Shown here in pieces: positions 12,157 to 26,100 of a stretch of DNA of 64,000 nt. Origin of the DNA: Chiloscyllium plagiosum (lineage: Eukaryota); NCBI RefSeq assembly GCF_004010195.1, contig NC_057752.1, forward strand, positions 9,868,862 through 9,932,861. Reading direction: 5' to 3'. The notes beneath the pieces are model-generated. The model saw only the letters and a program-made list of their open reading frames with translations, had not been told where the DNA came from and searched no databases. How positions within the stretch are numbered: position 1 is the stretch's first letter; every line of letters begins with the position of its first letter. Position numbers and translations under genes: made by a program.

Positions 12157-12470
12157 TGTTACGAAGTTGAAGGCATATATTGTACCTTTAAGAGAGTGAA
12201 TGCTGTTCTGCACTGAGAACTTTCAAGAGCAGTCTCAGTGTGTATTAGAAAATTGAAAATATGTAACACATGGCTGTGAAATAGATACCAGAATCAGTTG
12301 CTGTTTTGACAACAATTCGAATTTAACCAAATTAGTTTAAATTATGCCGCAGGATACTAAAACCCAATTGAGTTTGAATTTATTGTTTTGCCAATATTGA
12401 ACCAATGAGACGATCTGATGTTGGGGATATAAAAAAGGCCTTTTGAGAATCAGACTGAGAAAAGGTGATG
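12157..12470 (+). repeat. Possible truncated solo LTR
   Basis: Starts TGTTACG; contains CCAAT and TATAAA; no CA end or TSD identified. Confidence 0.35.
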
Positions 12471-13385
12471 CCTTGTTAGTCCTCCTAAAATGTAAGGGAA
12501 TGCACCTGAAGCTTCACAGAAGACATGGCAACATGTCAGGTGAGTTGAAAATATGGGATACTTATCTTTATTAGTTGAGACATTGTATATAAGAACAGAG
12601 AGATTATGATGGAGTTGGACAAGGTGTTAGTCTATAGCTAGAGTCCTGTATCGATTTGTAGTCACCACACTTTTAAAGAGCAAGGATTGTAATAGAGAGG
12701 GCGCAGAGGAGATTCCCCAGCTATGGACAGACTAGATAGGAGAGTGTTGTTTTCCTTACAGCAAAGATGACTTTGGGTTGGGGATAACAGGCCCACTTGA
12801 CGTAAGCTTTAGTAAAGAATAAACTTTTCCTCTTAACAGAGGTGTTATATTCAGAGGGTCGTGGATTTAAGGAAGAAATTGGCATCCAAAATGACATCTA
12901 AAAATTCCTCCTGAAAGGGTTGTAGAGTATTTCGATTAACACTTGGAACACCACTACAGACAAGTACTAGGAAATGGGACTAGAGTAAATGACCAAGTTA
13001 GACAATAGGCTGAACAACCTTTTCTTCCCCCATGCTGTAAACCCCTCCAATTCTAAAGGTTGTAGGACAGGTGTTCAACTGTATCCCAACGGGAGTGGAA
13101 CAAGAAGTCTGCTGCTACATAAAATTAATCGTTTGCGACCTCCAGCCTCTATTCTTCAGTGGACCAAAAGGAGAAGTGAAAGGCAGGGTGGCTTTTAAAC
13201 TTTTTGTAAACAATATTTCACTCAATGTAGGAGGTATGGGTGTGTTCAAAATAAACATTTTCCTTGAAAAAAAAAAATACAACAGAACTTGTTGTATTTT
13301 CCTTTTAAAACATGCCCTCATACAGGTAGGGGAGAAGAGGGGATAATTTCACCCCTCTCCATATTACACAGAATAAAAACATCTC

Positions 13386-13391
13386 TTTATT
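13386..13391 (-). terminator. Candidate PRIM1 polyadenylation signal AATAAA (3' UTR about 750 nt)
   Basis: AATAAA on the minus strand followed by T/GT-rich sequence, in non-repetitive-looking DNA downstream of the stop. Confidence 0.55.
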
Positions 13392-14137
13392 GAGTAGTAA
13401 TGGAGACTGCTTGCATAAGTTTACAAAGTACACTTTCAATCAAGTCTCTAGTGAAGTGTGCATCAGTGTTTTTTTTTCCTCTTCAAGTGTTGGATGAAAA
13501 TGGAAAGATGCCTACTGGGGTTGAGGTCCACAGATACCAGTAGTTCCCCAGTCCCAATTCACTATTCTTCACACTCCAGTATATGGACATTGTCCCTCAA
13601 CGTTCATCCTTCAATTTCCCACAGGGGTTTTACAGCTCATCCATCATATCTGAATTTTACCCAGAACTTAAGAAACCTGCAGAAAAATGGTGCCCATTCT
13701 AGATGGCTCTTCTGCCAAAGTTCAACAGTTAAAGAGTCCTGGGATTGACTGCCACCTTGAATTAAAAAGGTGACTCTTCCACATGATGTTGCATAATGTA
13801 GCTTAAGATCTAAGTGATTCAATTAGTAATAAGTTGAAATGCAGAAGAAAAATAAAAGGAATCTTACCAAGAGACAAAATGTGGATATATAAATATCTGC
13901 TAGATATAAAATGATATAAACCTCTAAAGTAGGAATTCTGAAACAGTGTTCCACAGGCCTTAACTAAAGGCTGCTCAGAACTGAAGTGCATTTTGGTACA
14001 TCACAAACTTTTAAATCTTCTTTGCAGCTACAGCAGTGAAGTCAGAAGGCAGTCACGGTTCCAAGCTTTCCAACCTCGTGATGCAAGCCAACATATGCTG
14101 AAACGCAGTTGAAAAAGAACTTGCTCATTGGGGGACA

Positions 14138-14157
14138 TCAAAAATCTCCTTCTTTAT
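14138..14157 (-). CDS. PRIM1: PRIM1 last coding exon (DKEGDF-stop)
   Basis: Acceptor ttatttcag|; TGA at 14140-14138; the C-terminal DF matches vertebrate PRIM1. Confidence 0.88.
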
Positions 14158-17100
14158 CTGAAATAAAAGTGTTTGAACAATAAATCAAAGTAGCACTTTA
14201 AATAAGTGTCAGATACAGTATTTGATCATGTGTTTCTTTTCTCCCCTCCAAAGAGTTCTCCATGCTGACACCATACCATTTGTGTGGGGAACATTGCAAA
14301 GGTTTTCCCAATTTATTCACTTCCTGAACTACCCATATATTAAAAAAAAAGACAAGGGGTAATTGTTCTCACACAGTGGTTCGTGTGTGGAATGAACTTC
14401 CAGAGGAAGTGGTTGATGTGGGTACAGTTACAACATTTAAAAGACATTTGGATAAGTAAATGAGTAAGAAATGTGTGAAGGATATGGACCAAGCACAGGT
14501 AGGTGGGACTAGTTTAGTTTGGGATTATGGAGGAAAAAGTAAGGACTACAGATGCTAGAGATCAGAGTGGAGAGGGGTGCTGAAAAGCACAGCAGGTCAG
14601 GCAGCATTCAAGGAGCATGGACTGGTTGGTCTGAAGGGTCTGTTTCCGTGCTGTATGACTATGACCTCAACCAATACTATCTAAGCAAATTGACCAGTCA
14701 TTTATCAGTTGGTGTGGGGCAGGCACCTCAGGTCCAGAATGACTTCTGCATTTGTCCACTTAAAACAATCAACCCAAAAAGCAATTAATTGGGTGGAGCA
14801 CTTTCAAATGCTGAGCTTGTTCAGGAGGTAGATTCAAAGCTCCATCCCATTACTCCTCAGGCAATATTCTCCTGAATCAAGTACAAGACAAGAATTCAAA
14901 CAATTGAGTCAAACATAACTTTATTCTTGAGAAAAGCTTCAACAGTCAAAGCAAACTTATGGTTTAATTCCAAATTAGAAATATTCAAAATAAAAACCAA
15001 ACTAAGCAAAAGATTGCCTGTGAAAACAACAGTCCTTTCCACATTTTAAAAAAGCCTCACTAGACCTGTACTGGCTTTCCTCATAGCTCTGAATTTTGGC
15101 AAGATTATGCAATAATACTTTTTAAAGATATCCTAAACAATACTCACCACTCTGTTTCAGCAACTGTCCCTTTCGTGATTGCTCCATCTTCTCTATAAAT
15201 TGCTCAAAAATCTTGATGGGCCCAAGGAGGCTTGTTTTCTTATAATCTGAGTGCAGAGAAATTTAAGAGGAATTCACTCACCCATGTGTACTGCATTCCC
15301 ACATGGTTTCTGTCCAATATTCAGTTTTGTAAGATCATATTAAATGGGAGAAGCAAGCCATTCAGCCCCCCTAAGCCAGCTCTGCCATTCAACAAGATAA
15401 GAGCTGACCAGTCATGATCTCAATTCTAATTTCTTGCTCGTCACCCCATCACCCTAAACTCCCTTGGCCTATCAAACATCTGTCCAATTTAGCCTTAATT
15501 AAGTCAACCTCTGACAAGGTTGTAAATTACAGTCTTTTCAAGAATAAACCAAGATGTAGATTCACCATTGTTATAGAAAAAAAGACACGGATGGGCCTGA
15601 CTTTGAAGTTATAAACTGGAGGAAGGCAATTTTAACAAGATCAGATATGATTTGGCCATGATGAACAGAGCAAACGCTTTTAGCGATGGTTTTCCCAATG
15701 GAAACCGGCATCCAATGGGGTTCCGCAGCAATCACTTTTCTGACCCTTGCAGTTTGTGGTTTATATAAATGATTTAGACTTGAATGTAGGAGGGTTTATC
15801 ACTCAGTTTGCAAATGATATAAAAATTGGTGGGATGGTTAATAGTGAGGATATAAATGGGCTGGTCAGATGGGTTGAGTGCAGTACAAACAAGGTAACAC
15901 ATGATGAACTTTAGGACCCTGGGAAGCACGGAGGTTCACAGGGACCTTGGTGCGTACATGCACCAGTCCCTTAAGGGAGTGACACAGGCAAGAACGGTGA
16001 AGGTGGCACATGAGATACTTGCTGTTATTAGATGAGGCAGAGAGTTTAAGAGCAGGGAGGTGATGCTGAAACTGTATAAAACATTGGTTAGACTACAGCT
16101 AGAGTATTGTATATAGTATTAGAATCCACATAGAAGGGATGCGATTGCAGTGGAGAGGATGCAGAGGATATTTACCAGGAACTTGCCTGGGTTTTGAGTT
16201 ATGAAGAGACAGACTGGGATTGTTTTTCTTGGAGCACAGAAGACTGAGGGAGGACATGATTGAGATGTATAAAATTATGAGAGGCATCCCTCCAGAGGAG
16301 AAATCAACGACGGGGGGTGGGAGGGAAGCAGATACAAGAATTTTAGAAGGGCTGAGAGGAAATGTCTTGACACCCAGAGGATGGTGTGAATCTGGAACTT
16401 GCTGCCTGTAAGGGTGGAGGCAGAAACCCACAACATTTCAGAAGTATTTAGACATGCACCACAATGATGGGCCAAGTGCTGGGAAAATGGGATTAGAATA
16501 GATAAGTAGTTGTTTTTGACTGGCACAGACTCAATGGGCCTTTCCTGGTGCTGTAGACCTCGAAACCATGCTGCAGGGATAAGAGAGCGCAGTTGATTCT
16601 TAAAGCAAATATTCCAGGGCTGGCCTTTTAGGGTCCTGGTGTAGTGGTAGTGTCACTATCTTGGAATCAGGAGATCTAGGTTCAAGTTACATTTGCTCCA
16701 GAGGTGCATCATCATATTTCTGAAAACGTTGATTAGAAAACTCTAGCAAGTGGAGGCCTAAACTAGGGCTTTGAAGTCCTTGAATATAGACTTTACCAGC
16801 AGAAGCTTGCTCAAAAATAACCATTTCATTTCAGGAACCAGTCCAGCAAACCATATCTGAATTGCATCTGATGAAACCATATCTGCCCAAAACTGTACAC
16901 ATAAATGATGTACTGTAGGGTGAGTAACACCTTGGAGTGAGACTTCAACAGAAGCCAGGATTGTCAGGGGAGAAAGATGACAAAAGTGGATGATTAGTTG
17001 TTTTAGGAGAAATGCCTGAATATCGTATTGAACCTGCAGTATTACACAGCATTGTTCTCAGACATGAGATGGTGGCGTTGTGATATTGTCACTGGGCAAG

Positions 17101-20100
17101 TAATCTAAAGGCCCCTAAAACTAGGTGAATTTAAGTTTATGAAAGAAAATTGAATAATTAAAACAGTCAAGCCAGAATTAAATGTTAGTCTCAGTAGTTA
17201 CTATGAAATTTATCAATAATCGTATAAAAGGTGATCCTGTTCACGTGTTTTCTTTCGGGAAGGAAATCTGCCATCCTGATCTGTTCTACGCTCAGTGACT
17301 CCAGACACACACCAACATGACTGATTTTCAGCAGTTCTCAAATGCAAACTGGGATGGGTAACTTATTGACGACAATGCCCACAGCCTCATCTAGATATTT
17401 ACCTCTGGTGCGACGTTTCATCTCCGGCTCTTCACCGTTCTCAGCACTTGTAACTTCTTGCTCTTCCTTAGTTTTCTTATCAAGCTCCTTGCAAAGATAA
17501 CTTTAAGAGAATCAGAGGTTACCCCATTGTAAATTACAAAACACAACTTTGTTTGCCTGAAGGCACTGAAGCAATGTTATTAGAATTAGAATCCCTACAG
17601 TGTAGAAACAGGCCTTTCGGCCCAACAAGTCCACATCAATCCTCTGAAGAGTATCCCATCCAGACCCATTACTCTACATTGACCCCTGACTAAATGCACC
17701 TAACCTATACATCCCTGAACAATTTAGCATGGCCAATTCACCTAACATGCAGATCTTTGGACCGGGAAGGAAACCAGAGCACCTGGAGGAAACCCACACA
17801 GACACGGGGAGAATGTGCAAACTCCACACACAGTCACCCGAGGCTGGAATCGAACCTGGGCCCCTGACACTGAGGCAGCAGTGCTAACCACTGAGCCACC
17901 CGTGCCGCCCCAACACAGTTATGTTTGTGGTAGGTGCCTTTGGACACTGAATTGCTTGAAAGAATTTAAAGAGATTGCCATCAGGCAGCATGCTGGCACA
18001 AAGGATATTAGTTGAGCACAATGTTAGTTTTGACATTGTTTACTCTAATTTCTGCTTGCTGTGCACTTTTGCATCGTGGAATCAATTTTAAAGATTGACA
18101 TGCAGCCATGTATGTGCACACCTTTGAAACATCGGTCACATGCAGTCACCTGCACATCACATTCTCAATCGCTGCATGACCATTCGCTTGCATAGTTACC
18201 ACCATCTGAACAGGCCATGTTTCCATTCAGCAGATCGCTATTACAACCAAAGAAAACTTCCTCCCTCAAAATCAGCAACCCGGATGTCCCCCATGAGGAT
18301 TGATTCCTTAGTCAGTTATTGTTCTGTGGCACCAGGTTACCTTGCAATTTGCCCAACTGACCATCATTCATGAGTGTTTTGACACAGGATCATGTGGACT
18401 TTTCAACCACAGAGCATCATGGCGGAGTCTGATCCGGTCCTCACCAGCCATTTACACATTCTTTCAGCAGGACTTGCTGGATAACAGTCCAGAGTAGAAC
18501 CCCCTGACAATTTCTCCTTGATGGTATACTAGCCAGTTAATGGCACCTCCCCAATACAATTCAGACTGGAATGTCACTGCCTGAGGTATCGTGCTACAAC
18601 CTAGCCTTAGCATCCTCGCCATGAAGCTAAAAAGGAAATGCAATTGCCTCATTGGCTAACGTCCAGAAATGCATATGGTGACAGCCAAGGACTGGTTGGG
18701 ACACCCCTTCGCTGCTGCAACAAACTAGTCTGCAGATGAAAATCATGACCCTTGTTTTGATCTTGCATTTATCAAAACCATAAGGTTCAGGTTGGTGCTG
18801 AAGAATGACATGCAACAGCCCAGCATGAGAAAAACCAATTGGCAGAGAGCTGATTTTAATGGGGTTAGAACACAAGAGTTAAAACACAATTGATTTGGAA
18901 TAAGAGGGCGGTGGCAAGATCGGTAACTGAACAATAGAATCTCTGGTGTGGAAACAGACTACTTGGCTCAACAAGTCCACACCGACCCTCCGAAGATTAT
19001 CCCACCCAGACCCATTCCGCTACACTACTACTCTACATTCCTCCCTGACTAATGCACCAACCGACACATCCCTGAACACTCAGCAATTTAGCATGGCCAA
19101 TCCACCTAATCTGCACTTCTTTGGACCGTGGGAGGAAACCAGAGCACCTGAAAGAAACTGATGCAGACACAGGGAGAACATGCAAACTCCACACAGTCGC
19201 CTGAGGCTGGAATCAAACTCGGGTCCCTGGCACTGTGAGGCAGCAGTGATAACCACTGAGCCACCGTGCCACCTTCAGGGAGCAGATGGTACGGATGCAA
19301 TTGAAGTATATTCCCTCTAATGTAAAAAAAGGTAGGACAAACAAATCCAGAATTCCCTGGATGACAAGAGGTCAAAATTAACATTTTTTTAAAAAAAAAA
19401 ATGTGCTTATGACGTGAGAGACAGAAAATAACAGAATCAACAGGAATATCAAAGGTCTAGAGGGGAGGTAAAAAAAGGAAATAAGACAAGCAAAGAGTAA
19501 TGAGAAAAAACTGGCAGCTAACATAAAAGGAATTCCCAAAGGCTTCTATAGGCATATAAGCAGTAAGAGAATGGTTAAAGGAGAGTAGGCTGATCAGACA
19601 TCAAAGGGGATTGACACACAGGGGTGTGGGGTGGGGGCATGGCAGAGTTGTTAAAATGAATATTTTGCACCTGTCTTTATAAAAGAGGATGCTGCTGCCG
19701 AGACCACGTTGACAGAGGAAGAAACTCTGTCAACAGAAGGGTTTCAAATAAGGAAGAAATCATGAATGAATTGTTGGTGCTTGCAGTTGACACGGCACCA
19801 GGACCAGATGAGATGCATCCAAGGATTTTGAAGAAAAGTGAAGGTAGAAATTTCAGGGGGAACTGGCTACAATTTTTAAAAAAATCTTCCTTGGACTTGG
19901 GAAGTGTCAGAAGACTGGAAAATTGTAAACATTATGGCCTTGTCCAAGAAAAGGTTAAGGAATATCCCAGCAATCACAGACCAGCTGTGGTGGGGAACTT
20001 TGGTGGGGAAACTTATAATTATTTGGGATAGAATTAGTATTCACATGGAAAAAGGTGGGTTGATTAGGAAAAGTCAGCATGGATTTCTAATAGGAAAATT

Positions 20101-23100
20101 ATGCTTAACTAACTTGGAGGTTTTTTTGAAGAGGTAACAGCAAGGGTTGAAGAAGGTAAAGTTGACGTGGTATATATGGATTTCAAAAGGGCATTTAAAA
20201 CTGTGCCATATGACAGATTGGAGAGGAAAGTTATAGGTCATGGTGTTAGCAGGACAGTAGCAACATGGATACAAAATTGACTAAGCGATGGTAAACAAAA
20301 CAATGGCCAAAGGATATTTTTCAGGCTGGAAGAAGGTTTATAGGAGTTCCTCAGGTGTTGGTATACTTCACTTTTCCTGGGGCAACTTCAAAGTTTACAG
20401 ATGACATGGAACTTGGAAAAATCCTAAATTGTGAAGAGGACAGCATACAATTTCAAAACGGACTTAGACAAGTTGAAGTGGGCAATCGGTGGCAGATGAA
20501 GTTCAGTGCAGAGAACTACGAGATGATGTACTTTGAATATCAAAAGACAATATAAAATAGGGGTTAAATTCTAAAGTGGGTGCAGGAGTAGAGGGACTTG
20601 GATATGTACGTGCACAGATCATTGAAAGCGGTAGGACAGATGGACAGAGCAGAAATAAAACAGTGTTCTCTGTTTTACTAATTGTGCTCGAGTACTCTTT
20701 ACTAATAAAGGGTATGGTGGCTCAGTGGTCAGCACTGCGGCCTCTCAGCACCAGGGACCTGGGTTCGATTCCAGCCTCGGGTGACTGTGTGTGGAGTTTG
20801 CACATTGACCCCATGTGGGTTTCCTCCTGGTGCTTCAGTTTCCTCCCACAATCCAAAGATGTGCAGGTTAGGTGAATTGGCCATGCTAAATTGCCCATAG
20901 CGTTCAGGGATGTGTAGGCTAGGTGCATTAGTCAGGGGTTAATACCAGAGTAATGGGGAATAGGTTTGGGTGGAATGGACTTGTTGAGTCGAAGGGCCTG
21001 TTTCCACATTGTAAAGATTCTAATTCTAATTCTAGTAAGGAGGCTACGCTGAACTTGTACAAGAGACTTGTTAGACTTCAGCAGAGTATTGCAGACAGTT
21101 GTGGGCCCCACATTATAGGAAAGGTGTGAATGCATGGAGAGTGTACAGAAGTGATTTACTGAAATAGTTCCAGGGATGAGAAACTTCAGCGGTGAGGATA
21201 GATTGAGGTTGGGACTCTCCCTGGAGAGAAGGAAGAGAGGAGATCTGAATAAGACTTTCCAAATCGTGAGCAGGCTAAATATAGAATCAAGTGTGAAGCT
21301 GTTTCTGCTGGTAAAAGAAATGAGGGGCATAGATTTGAAACGATGTGCAAATGAAGCAAGGGTAATACAAATGAAAAACTTTTTCACACAGTGAGCGGTC
21401 AGGGCATGAAATGCCCTGCCTGGAAATGTGGTCGAGGCAGGTTCAATCGAGGCATTCAAGAGGGCACTGAATGATTATTTGGAAAGAAATGGTGTGCAAG
21501 GGTATGGGGGTTAAAAAGGCAGGAGGAGATTAGCACAAAGGAGTAGAACTATTGCAAGCACGGCGGGCAGAATGGTCGTCTTCTGCATGACAGTAAGTTT
21601 GTGATTTTTGCTCAGAAGGCATTTGTCTGGGCCAGAAACCCAATCTTGGATGTCAACTACAAAAACATGGGTTGTGCTTACATGTAGGTGACACTTAAAA
21701 AGATACAAGAAAAGAAGCTGGGAATAAATGAAGTAAAATAGATCATTTTAATATTTTAGAATAAATGTGACTTCTTATAGAATCCAAGTTGATGCACCAA
21801 ATTACTTCTACAGATGCCTGGACACATTTCAAAATCCTTCTATGGAGCTATTTTTCTGCCTTACTTATACTTTAAAACGAACCCTGATATATACCACCAC
21901 TACAGTTTCAAAAAAAAAAAAAGGAATCACACTTAAGTCGCTTTCTCAATACATAAAAATACCCGATGTCAATATCCTTCATACCTTATTGTCGGGACAC
22001 TAAAAGGATCAAATTTATCCACATTCTTGACATCGAGAGGCACTGAAATGCGTCCTGGAACAGCAACAATAATGATGAGCGGAATATACTGCACATACAG
22101 TTGAAAGTTTTTTTGTCTATCAAACTATCAAAAATGATGTGGCAACACTACAAAACATAAGTACCACAACCTTTTTATACAGCTTTGTTTAAAAAAAGAC
22201 GGATGAAACAACAAGCAGTCAGATGGCCAAGGCCATGGAGGGATTTGAACACAATGAGGAGTGTTGAAATTAATCGCTTTAGTACACTCAGGTTTATATC
22301 TGGTGCCAAGACAGAAAGAGAACAAGAGAGCAAGACAGACAGAGTGAGCAAAGTTGCCAAAGATTGAGAAGTAGGATACCAAACAAACAGTTGCAGAGCA
22401 CAGTCAATCTTTAGGAAAGAAAAGACGACAGGTACACAATACCTGTTTTGGGATGAACGGAGAAAGGGCTTTTCAGCAAGTGGTTGATGCCTTTACTGAC
22501 GTTAATATCCAGACGGGGATAGCAGTACTGCAGCTTAATCTCTTCTAAATGGTGGTCATTCATTTGTTTGGTTAACTGTAGAAAGCAATTTGATGAATAG
22601 AAAGTTCACATTCAAAGACAACACAAGCAGGTTGTACAGCAAATGAGCTGACTTCCCAAAGACTGACTGTTATTTCAGCTGCAAATCAATTACCATCCAA
22701 TGTTTTGAATAAAACCATCAACTCACTTTTGTCACAACCTGCTGGAAATCAAGCCCCGTTATTCTTGAAATCATCACAAAAGTTAAAGATTTTAATGAAA
22801 GTTTGCAAAGCCCCCAAATCACCTGTCAGATTGACCCAGGCTATTCCTTGTCATGTTTTCCTGTCAAACAGTCCTTTTTCCATTACAGTTTACGATGAAA
22901 AATATATAAAAAGGGTGTTTACAAATCTTCATGAATCTAGTCATGCAACTAAATATCAGCTGTTCACAAACTTTTTTGACTTCAAACCCTATTAACCAAT
23001 GCTAAACAAACCTAGATTATTTATAAATGCATTGGCCTAACACCAGATAGAGGTGCAAAACCACTGTTCATGATCATCATATTTTACTCTCGTACAAGAG

Positions 23101-26100
23101 TGTCGTTACATACTGTTACCACTATAACGTAAAGATTCGGAATATATCATTTTCATTACTTGGATACTCGGGTTTTGAAGTGGACAGGACTAGGTATGGC
23201 TTGAAGTTTAATTTATATTTAAGGATTGCGTGCATTGAGAGAAGAGCTTTTTTTCAGCTGAACTGTAGTAATTTGTGTGCATTTAACATCCTTGAGGTGA
23301 ACAGTTTAGTATCTTAGAATGCTAGGAGAAAATAATTGGACCATTGCTCTGCTTTGTCTCCTTTCTTTCTACAGATGTACGAGACACCCTCTGCAATAAG
23401 TGTCCTGAAACACAGGGAGACAGAGATAGAAACAAGTTATCCAGAAAGACAGTATCACTGACAAGGCCATCAAGTGTGCAGGCTTCTTTCAGAGAGAAAA
23501 AAGGTCATTGAGTAAGAATTGGCCTGACATCAGCAACGTAATTTAGCAATCTACAAAACGGTCAGGGCAGAAAGTCCTGAGTCGCTTAATAACCCATCTT
23601 AAGAAATGTGTGATCTGCGTTAGCAGTTTAAGGGTCGATAAAGTGTGGAGCTGGCAAAAGCACAGCAGGTCAAGCAGCACCAAAGGAGCAGGGGAGTTAA
23701 TGTATAAAGCGATAACCTTACATCTGGGCTGGGGAAGAGGGAAGACAGCAGAGAAGTAAATATGGACGGGCTGGGGGAAAGGTGGGTGGGACATCAATAT
23801 GTGGATGCAGTTGATTGTGACTGGTCAGTGCAAAGGGTGGAGCAGATACATGGGAAGGAAGATGGACAGGTTAGGTCAGGTCAAGGGGGCAGGATGGAAG
23901 AGGGGGGCTGGACCTAGAATGATTAGGGGTGGGGCTGGTGAATTCTACTTTAAGGCTGTATGGTTGCCAGATCCTGAGGCAGAGGACAAAGTGCTCTTCC
24001 TCCAGTTTGCATGTGGCCTTCATTTTAACTGTGGAGTCGGCCCAGGATGGACGTCACTGGGCAAGTTGAAATGGCTGGCAAACCAAAAGGTGGAGATGAT
24101 TGGAGTGTACGGACCATAGATGTTCCCTGAACTGGTCCCAGAGTTTGTGCTAAGTCTCTCCGATGTAGAGGAGACTATATCAGGAGCAATGGATGCAATC
24201 AGGTTAGAGGAAATGCAGGCTAATTTCTGCAGGACTCGGACTGACTGATTGGGGCCTTGGACAGAGATAAGAGGGGAGATGGGAGGGCAGGATTTGCACC
24301 TCCTGCAGCCGCAGGTAAAGGTGTCAGTTGCGGAGGGGAGGTTGGAACTAACAAGAGTCACAGAACAGTCCCAGCAGAAAGTGGATAGGGGTGGGGAGGA
24401 AAATATCAATTTGATGGGGTCAGACTACATGCGGCAGAGGATAATGCACTGGATTTGGAGATTAGTGGGGTGGACTGTGAGGACCAGGGGATTCTATCCT
24501 TTCTGTGGGAGATTTCTTTGAGAGCAGAGATGTGGGAAATGGTGGAGATGCAGTGGAGAGCATTGTTACCACGCGGAAGGGAAAATTACAGTCCTTGAAG
24601 TTGGAGGACATCTCGGATGACCTGGAATGGAATTGCTCATCCTGAGCGCAGATATGGAGTGGTGGTTGGGAGTATGGAAGTGTGTCTGTGTGGGGTTGAG
24701 CTGTGGGAGTTGGTGGCTTTGAAATAGATGTTGATGCTGAGTCAGTTGTCGGACATGGAGACAGAGAGGTAGGCAAAGGTGGTCTTGGTAAACCTAAGGA
24801 CAGGGTGGAAGGTGTGGGTGAAGTAGGTGAACTGTTCGAGCTATGAAGAGGCAGGAATAGTTCGGACCCATACGGTACCTGTAGCCATCCCTCTGGTTTG
24901 TAGGAAGTCGGAAGATTGAAAGGAAAAAAGTTGTAAGGGCGAGGACCAGTTCTGCTAAAGTGAATGAGAGTGTCAGTGGAGGGGAATTAGTTGGGCCTAT
25001 GGGAGAGGAAGAAACCGAGTGCTTGGAGGCCCTCCTCCTGGGGAATACAGATGTAGAGTGACTGGATGTCAGTGGTGAAGATGAAATATTGGCGGCTGGG
25101 GAACTCAAAGTCAGAAACGGCAGAGGGCACGGGTGGTGTCCTGAAAGCGTGGGAAGTTTCTGGACCATAGGGGTCAGGACAAAGTTGCAATAACAGGAGA
25201 GAAGTACAATGGAGAGGAGCAGGCAGAGGCAATCAGTTGATCAGGGCAGTCAAGTGTATAAATTTTGGGTAGGAGATAGAAACAGGCAGTGCAGAGTTGG
25301 GGAACGATAAGATTGGAGGCTGTGGATGGGACATCTCCCAAGACGATGAGATTGCGGATGACCTGGGAGATGGTGGTGTGGTGATGAGAGGTCAGGTCAT
25401 GATCAAGGGAGCAATAGAAAGTATCAAAGAGTTGGAGTGTGGCCTCAGCGAGGTAGAGGTCAGCGTGCCAACTACCACCACACCTCCCTTGTCAGCTGGT
25501 TTGATGGAGAGTTGGGGTTGGAGTGGAGGGCTGCACATTGCGAGGGTAAGAGGTTGGAGCGGGTAACGGGGTGGAGAAATTGAGGCAGTTCACGTGGAAT
25601 GTCCTCACGTTCCACCCACTAATCTCTAAGTCTAGCTCATCATCCTCTGCCATTTCCACCACCTGTGGTCTGACCCCACCACCAAAATGATATTTCCCTC
25701 CCCACCCCTATCTGCATTCTGCAGGGACCATTTCCTCCATGACTCTCTTGTTAGGTCCACACTCCCCACCAATCTCTCCTCCACACCTGGCATCTTTTCC
25801 TGCAGCTGCAGGAGGTGAAACACCTGCCCTCACACCTCCTCTTGCCTCTGTACAAGGCCTCAAAGAATCATTCCAAATTCAGTAGAGATTTAGCTGCATT
25901 TTCCCTAACCTGATTTATTGCATCCATTTCTCCCAACATGATCTTCTCTACATCGGAGAGACCAAGCTCAAACTCAGGGACCGGATCAGGGAACAGCTAT
26001 GGTCTGTACACTCCAATCAACCCCACCATGTCAACTCCCCCTCCCAAATGACAGGCTCATCCTGGGCCGACCCCACCATCAAAATACAGCCACATGCAAA

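Noticed and set aside
18350..18720. Possible ancient SINE relic or structured ncRNA in PRIM1 intron 10
   Set aside because: Could not define boxes, ends or a fold with confidence by eye
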